DNA from: Clostridiales bacterium UBA1777
GTDB taxonomy: Bacteria > Bacillota > Clostridia > Oscillospirales > Oscillospiraceae
DNA: 43,638 nt
Direction: 5' to 3'
NCBI GenBank assembly: GCA_002315275.1
Contig: DCGN01000105.1
Location: forward strand, 1 to 43,638
Shown one piece after another: positions 41,061 to 43,638 of the stretch. Each line of letters opens with the position of its first letter. Position 1 is the stretch's first letter. The notes beneath the pieces were generated by a model. It worked only from the letters and a program-made list of their open reading frames with translations, ran no database searches and was not told the origin of the DNA. Made by a program: the position numbers and the translations under genes.

Positions 41061-43184
41061 ATGATAACAGTAAGCGAGAAATTTCTCACCGGCGCAATGT
41101 ATGCTCCCTTCTGCCGTACTAAGCACGCCCCCATGGAAGAGTGGGACTCCGACATGGCAAGGATGGCGGAGCTTGGCTACAGCTGTCTGCACGGCTTTGC
41201 CGAGTGGCACGATATCGAGTACGAAAAGGGCGTATACGATTTCACGAAGATAGACCGTTTTGTCGCGACTGCGGTGAAAAACGGCCTTGTGCCCATAGTA
41301 AATGTTGCCACGCAGAACAGCGTCGGCTTCTATTCTCCGCGCTGGCTCATGGAGGAGCTGCGCGAAAAATCCGAGGGCGTAGTGGACTCTCAGGGCAACA
41401 CGCCGTATCCCGGAGAATATATCATCCCCTGCATGGATGACCCCCTCTACCACGGCTATGCAGTCAAGTATCTTGAGGCTGTCGCAAAGCACTTCGCGGG
41501 AGACGAAAGAGTCGGCGCGTTTGTGCTTTGGGGTGAGCCCACGCTCAAGAGCGTCTCTGCCGACATCGGCGCGGTCATATGCTACTGCAGGCACACAAAG
41601 GCGAAGTTCCGCCGCTGGCTTGCAGAGAGATATGACAGCATAGACGTGCTTAACGAAAGCTGGGGCAACGAGGGTCCGTCCTTCTATGTAAGCTTTGACG
41701 ATGTAAACCCGCCCACGGGCTACAGACGCCAAAAGGGCGGCTTCCAATCGTGGGACGATTGGTGCGACTTTATGGAGAGCAACCTCGCGGGGCATATCGC
41801 TGACGCCGACAGAATATTCAAGGCAAACGGTGCGACTCAGCCGACTATTACCGAGATGCTCCCCGGAATTGACAACGGCATTGACTCATGGAAGCTCGCC
41901 GAGAATACGGATATCGTGGGCGTAAGCCTCTTCGGAAAGCCGACGAAGCACTCCGCGCTCAACCTTACCATGTCCTCAAGCATCGCAAAGGCTAACAACA
42001 AGTCCGTTTTTATCGTAGAGGCGGGCGGCGGCTCGGTCAAGTTTGATAACCCCGGCGGATTTGCCGTGTCGGCATTTACGCCGTCTGCCGATGAGTTGAA
42101 GACGGCGCTGATGATGCGCGCGGGCTTTGGCGCGAAGGGGCTCATGTACTGGTGCTGGAGACCGAGGCTCAGCGATATAGAGGGCAACGATTTCGGAATG
42201 TGCCGCCCGGACGGAAAGCCGCTCAAGCGCACGGTCGAGGTAGGCGCTTTCGCAAGGCGTATGATGGAGCTTTCGCCTGTGTACGCAAAGGCGGAGCGTC
42301 GCTCGGACGTGGCCGTTTTTATGTCGCAGAGGATCAACCACCTGATGGACGGCGACAATATGACAGCTAATTACCTCGGCAGTCTCGAGGGCGCGAATTA
42401 TATGCTGAACGATCTCCATATAAACTCTGATTTTATCCGCGAGAACGAGATCATCGAGGGCGCGCTCTCAAAATACAAGGTGCTTATATTGCCGTGCTCG
42501 TATATCATCTCCGAAGAGTGCGGCCGCGCGATAAAGGAGTTCGTCGGAAACGGCGGCCACCTCATAGCAGACTACATCCTTGCGGAAAAGCGCCCCGGCG
42601 GCCTGTGCTACAGAGAGCTTCCCGGAGCGGGACTGAGAGAGGTGTTCGGCATAGAGCGCGAGGATGTGCTCTATACGGCGCACCCGACGCTTGTAAGGGA
42701 AAACAGCTTCGGCATCTGTGCGGGCACATTCGTCGAGGAGGTCATTCCCACAACGGCGAAGTCCGTGGCAGGCGAATATATGCCCGGGTATCCGCTGATG
42801 CTGAGCAATGACTTCGGCAGCGGCTCGGCAGTGTACATCGCAACGCAGTACTTCCTGCACTATCATGATGAACCCTCCGCCGTGCTGCGCACAAGGATAA
42901 AAGAAACGCTTTCGGTATGGGGCGTCATTCCGTATGCGGAATTTGCCGCAGAGGATAAGAAAAATGACCATCCCCTCATTACGACCTGCCTTACCGGAGG
43001 CGCGACCGTAATATCAGTCACGAACTCCGACTATACCGTCCTTAGTGATACTGTCGAGCTGCCGGACGGAAACTGGCAGAGCGTTGACCCTGCGTCAAGG
43101 CTTAACATCCGCTGCGAAAACGGCCGAACGTATATTGACTTTACACTCGGTGCGCTTGAGACCTTCGCGGTCTATTCGGAATAA
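41061..43184 (+). CDS. GH42-like glycoside hydrolase (TIM barrel, GATase-like trimerisation domain, beta-sandwich)
   Basis: 707 aa. GH42 hallmarks: WDSDMARMAELGY, YEKGVYDF, Cys cluster ICYCRHTKAKFRRWLAERY...LNESWG, nucleophile block VFIVEAGGG (Glu320, nt 42018-42020) and middle domain YKVLILPCSYII...FVGNGGHLIADY. The acid/base block reads LWGEP (Glu159, nt 41535-41537). Confidence 0.75.
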   Translation: MITVSEKFLTGAMYAPFCRTKHAPMEEWDSDMARMAELGYSCLHGFAEWHDIEYEKGVYDFTKIDRFVATAVKNGLVPIVNVATQNSVGFYSPRWLMEELREKSEGVVDSQGNTPYPGEYIIPCMDDPLYHGYAVKYLEAVAKHFAGDERVGAFVLWGEPTLKSVSADIGAVICYCRHTKAKFRRWLAERYDSIDVLNESWGNEGPSFYVSFDDVNPPTGYRRQKGGFQSWDDWCDFMESNLAGHIADADRIFKANGATQPTITEMLPGIDNGIDSWKLAENTDIVGVSLFGKPTKHSALNLTMSSSIAKANNKSVFIVEAGGGSVKFDNPGGFAVSAFTPSADELKTALMMRAGFGAKGLMYWCWRPRLSDIEGNDFGMCRPDGKPLKRTVEVGAFARRMMELSPVYAKAERRSDVAVFMSQRINHLMDGDNMTANYLGSLEGANYMLNDLHINSDFIRENEIIEGALSKYKVLILPCSYIISEECGRAIKEFVGNGGHLIADYILAEKRPGGLCYRELPGAGLREVFGIEREDVLYTAHPTLVRENSFGICAGTFVEEVIPTTAKSVAGEYMPGYPLMLSNDFGSGSAVYIATQYFLHYHDEPSAVLRTRIKETLSVWGVIPYAEFAAEDKKNDHPLITTCLTGGATVISVTNSDYTVLSDTVELPDGNWQSVDPASRLNIRCENGRTYIDFTLGALETFAVYSE

Positions 43185-43345
43185 TAGGCAGCGGCTGGCT
43201 TCTCTGATTCGTGTTATCCGTCCCCGCCTGCGCGTGCAGCCCTTTTTCGCCGCTCCTTGCAAAATGAAGCGTAATGGTATAGTATATTACCGAGAAACGG
43301 CGGTACGCATGCTTCCGCGGGCTGAAAAAAGGATCGGAGCAAACC

Positions 43346-43638
43346 ATGGAAACTGTCAGGAAACTATTTTACAAGTATAAAGATATAATTTTATATCTGT
43401 TTTTCGGCGGCTGCACGACGCTGGTAAACGTCATATCCTATTGGATATGCGCGCATATGCTGTCGATCGGCGTGATGCCGAGCACGGTCATTGCATGGAT
43501 ACTGGCGGTGCTGTTCGCGTATGTCACCAACCGCAAGTGGGTGTTTCACAGCGAGGCAAAGAGCACGAATGAGATAGTCGGGGAGATGGCGAAATTCTTC
43601 GGCGCGAGGATCGCGACCGGAATTGTCGACTGGGCGTG
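43346..43638 (+). CDS. GtrA-family membrane protein, 3'-truncated by the window edge
   Basis: Not in the supplied track. ATG 43346 opens METVRKLFYKYKDIILYLFFGGCTTLVNVISYWI...AYVTNRKWVFHS..., the GtrA N-terminal pattern (NRxWVF). It stays open to the window end, with GGAGC upstream. Confidence 0.75.
   Translation, partial: METVRKLFYKYKDIILYLFFGGCTTLVNVISYWICAHMLSIGVMPSTVIAWILAVLFAYVTNRKWVFHSEAKSTNEIVGEMAKFFGARIATGIVDWA

Noticed and set aside
36550-41795. Minus-strand ORFs 36550-37542, 40205-41155 and 40938-41795
   Set aside because: Shadow ORFs opposite the MDR dehydrogenase, murQ and the GH42-like gene. Same reasoning as above.
43045-43380. ORF of 111 aa overlapping the GH42-like 3' end and the following intergenic region
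   Set aside because: Arg/Ser-rich product with no RBS. It overlaps a well-supported gene and the promoter and RBS region of the GtrA-family gene.
1-43638. Search for CRISPR arrays, IS elements or transposases, integrases, prophage or defence-system genes, tRNA/rRNA and riboswitch-like leaders
   Set aside because: No regularly spaced direct repeats, no terminal inverted repeats flanking any gene, and no recombinase-, nuclease- or ATPase-type ORFs. Every ORF above 200 aa on the coding strand is explained by metabolic, transport or regulatory families. Leaders are short, except at 10358-10614 and 25969-26150, which look protein-regulated rather than structured RNA. A covariance-model scan (Infernal with Rfam, or tRNAscan-SE) would be needed for certainty.

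Overview
A 43.6-kb, gene-dense chromosomal segment of about 55% G+C. It has GGAGG-type ribosome-binding sites and the YesL, YesM/YesN and CUT1 ABC families typical of Clostridia (taxonomy is inference). I saw no rRNA, tRNA, CRISPR array, transposase or integrase. Almost everything is cytoplasmic carbohydrate catabolism, in six blocks. (1) A minus-strand beta-mannoside phosphorolysis block (1544-10357): AraC regulator, membrane protein, beta-lactamase-fold hydrolase, GH130 phosphorylase, phospho-sugar mutase, mannose-6-P isomerase, YesL, Gfo/Idh/MocA oxidoreductase and PHP phosphoesterase. (2) An AraC-divergent two-gene operon (10615-13706) encoding an unusually short glycyl-radical enzyme (GRE, 735 aa; Cys380, Glu382, Gly711) and its radical-SAM activase. 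This is the most interesting element because no characterised GRE context surrounds it. (3) A convergent orphan FAD oxidoreductase (13803-15050). (4) A sugar-acid operon (15185-22414): Eda fused to an extra C-terminal domain, KdgK, SMP-30 lactonase, SDR (short-chain dehydrogenase/reductase) and a UxuA-like dehydratase, read straight into a YesM/YesN-type two-component system. (5) A second operon set (22542-37605): two SDRs, a type-I dehydroquinase-like protein, a second beta-lactamase-fold hydrolase, a CUT1 ABC importer with no ATPase gene, two unassigned clan-GH-A-like TIM-barrel proteins (534 and 992 aa), a two-domain SGNH esterase, a MATE exporter and an MDR dehydrogenase. (6) An RpiR/MurR-controlled operon (37643-43184): MurK-like kinase, NanE, MurQ and a divergent GH42-like enzyme. 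The window starts inside an SDR gene and ends inside a GtrA-family gene. All functional calls rest on motif and family recognition by eye, with no database search.
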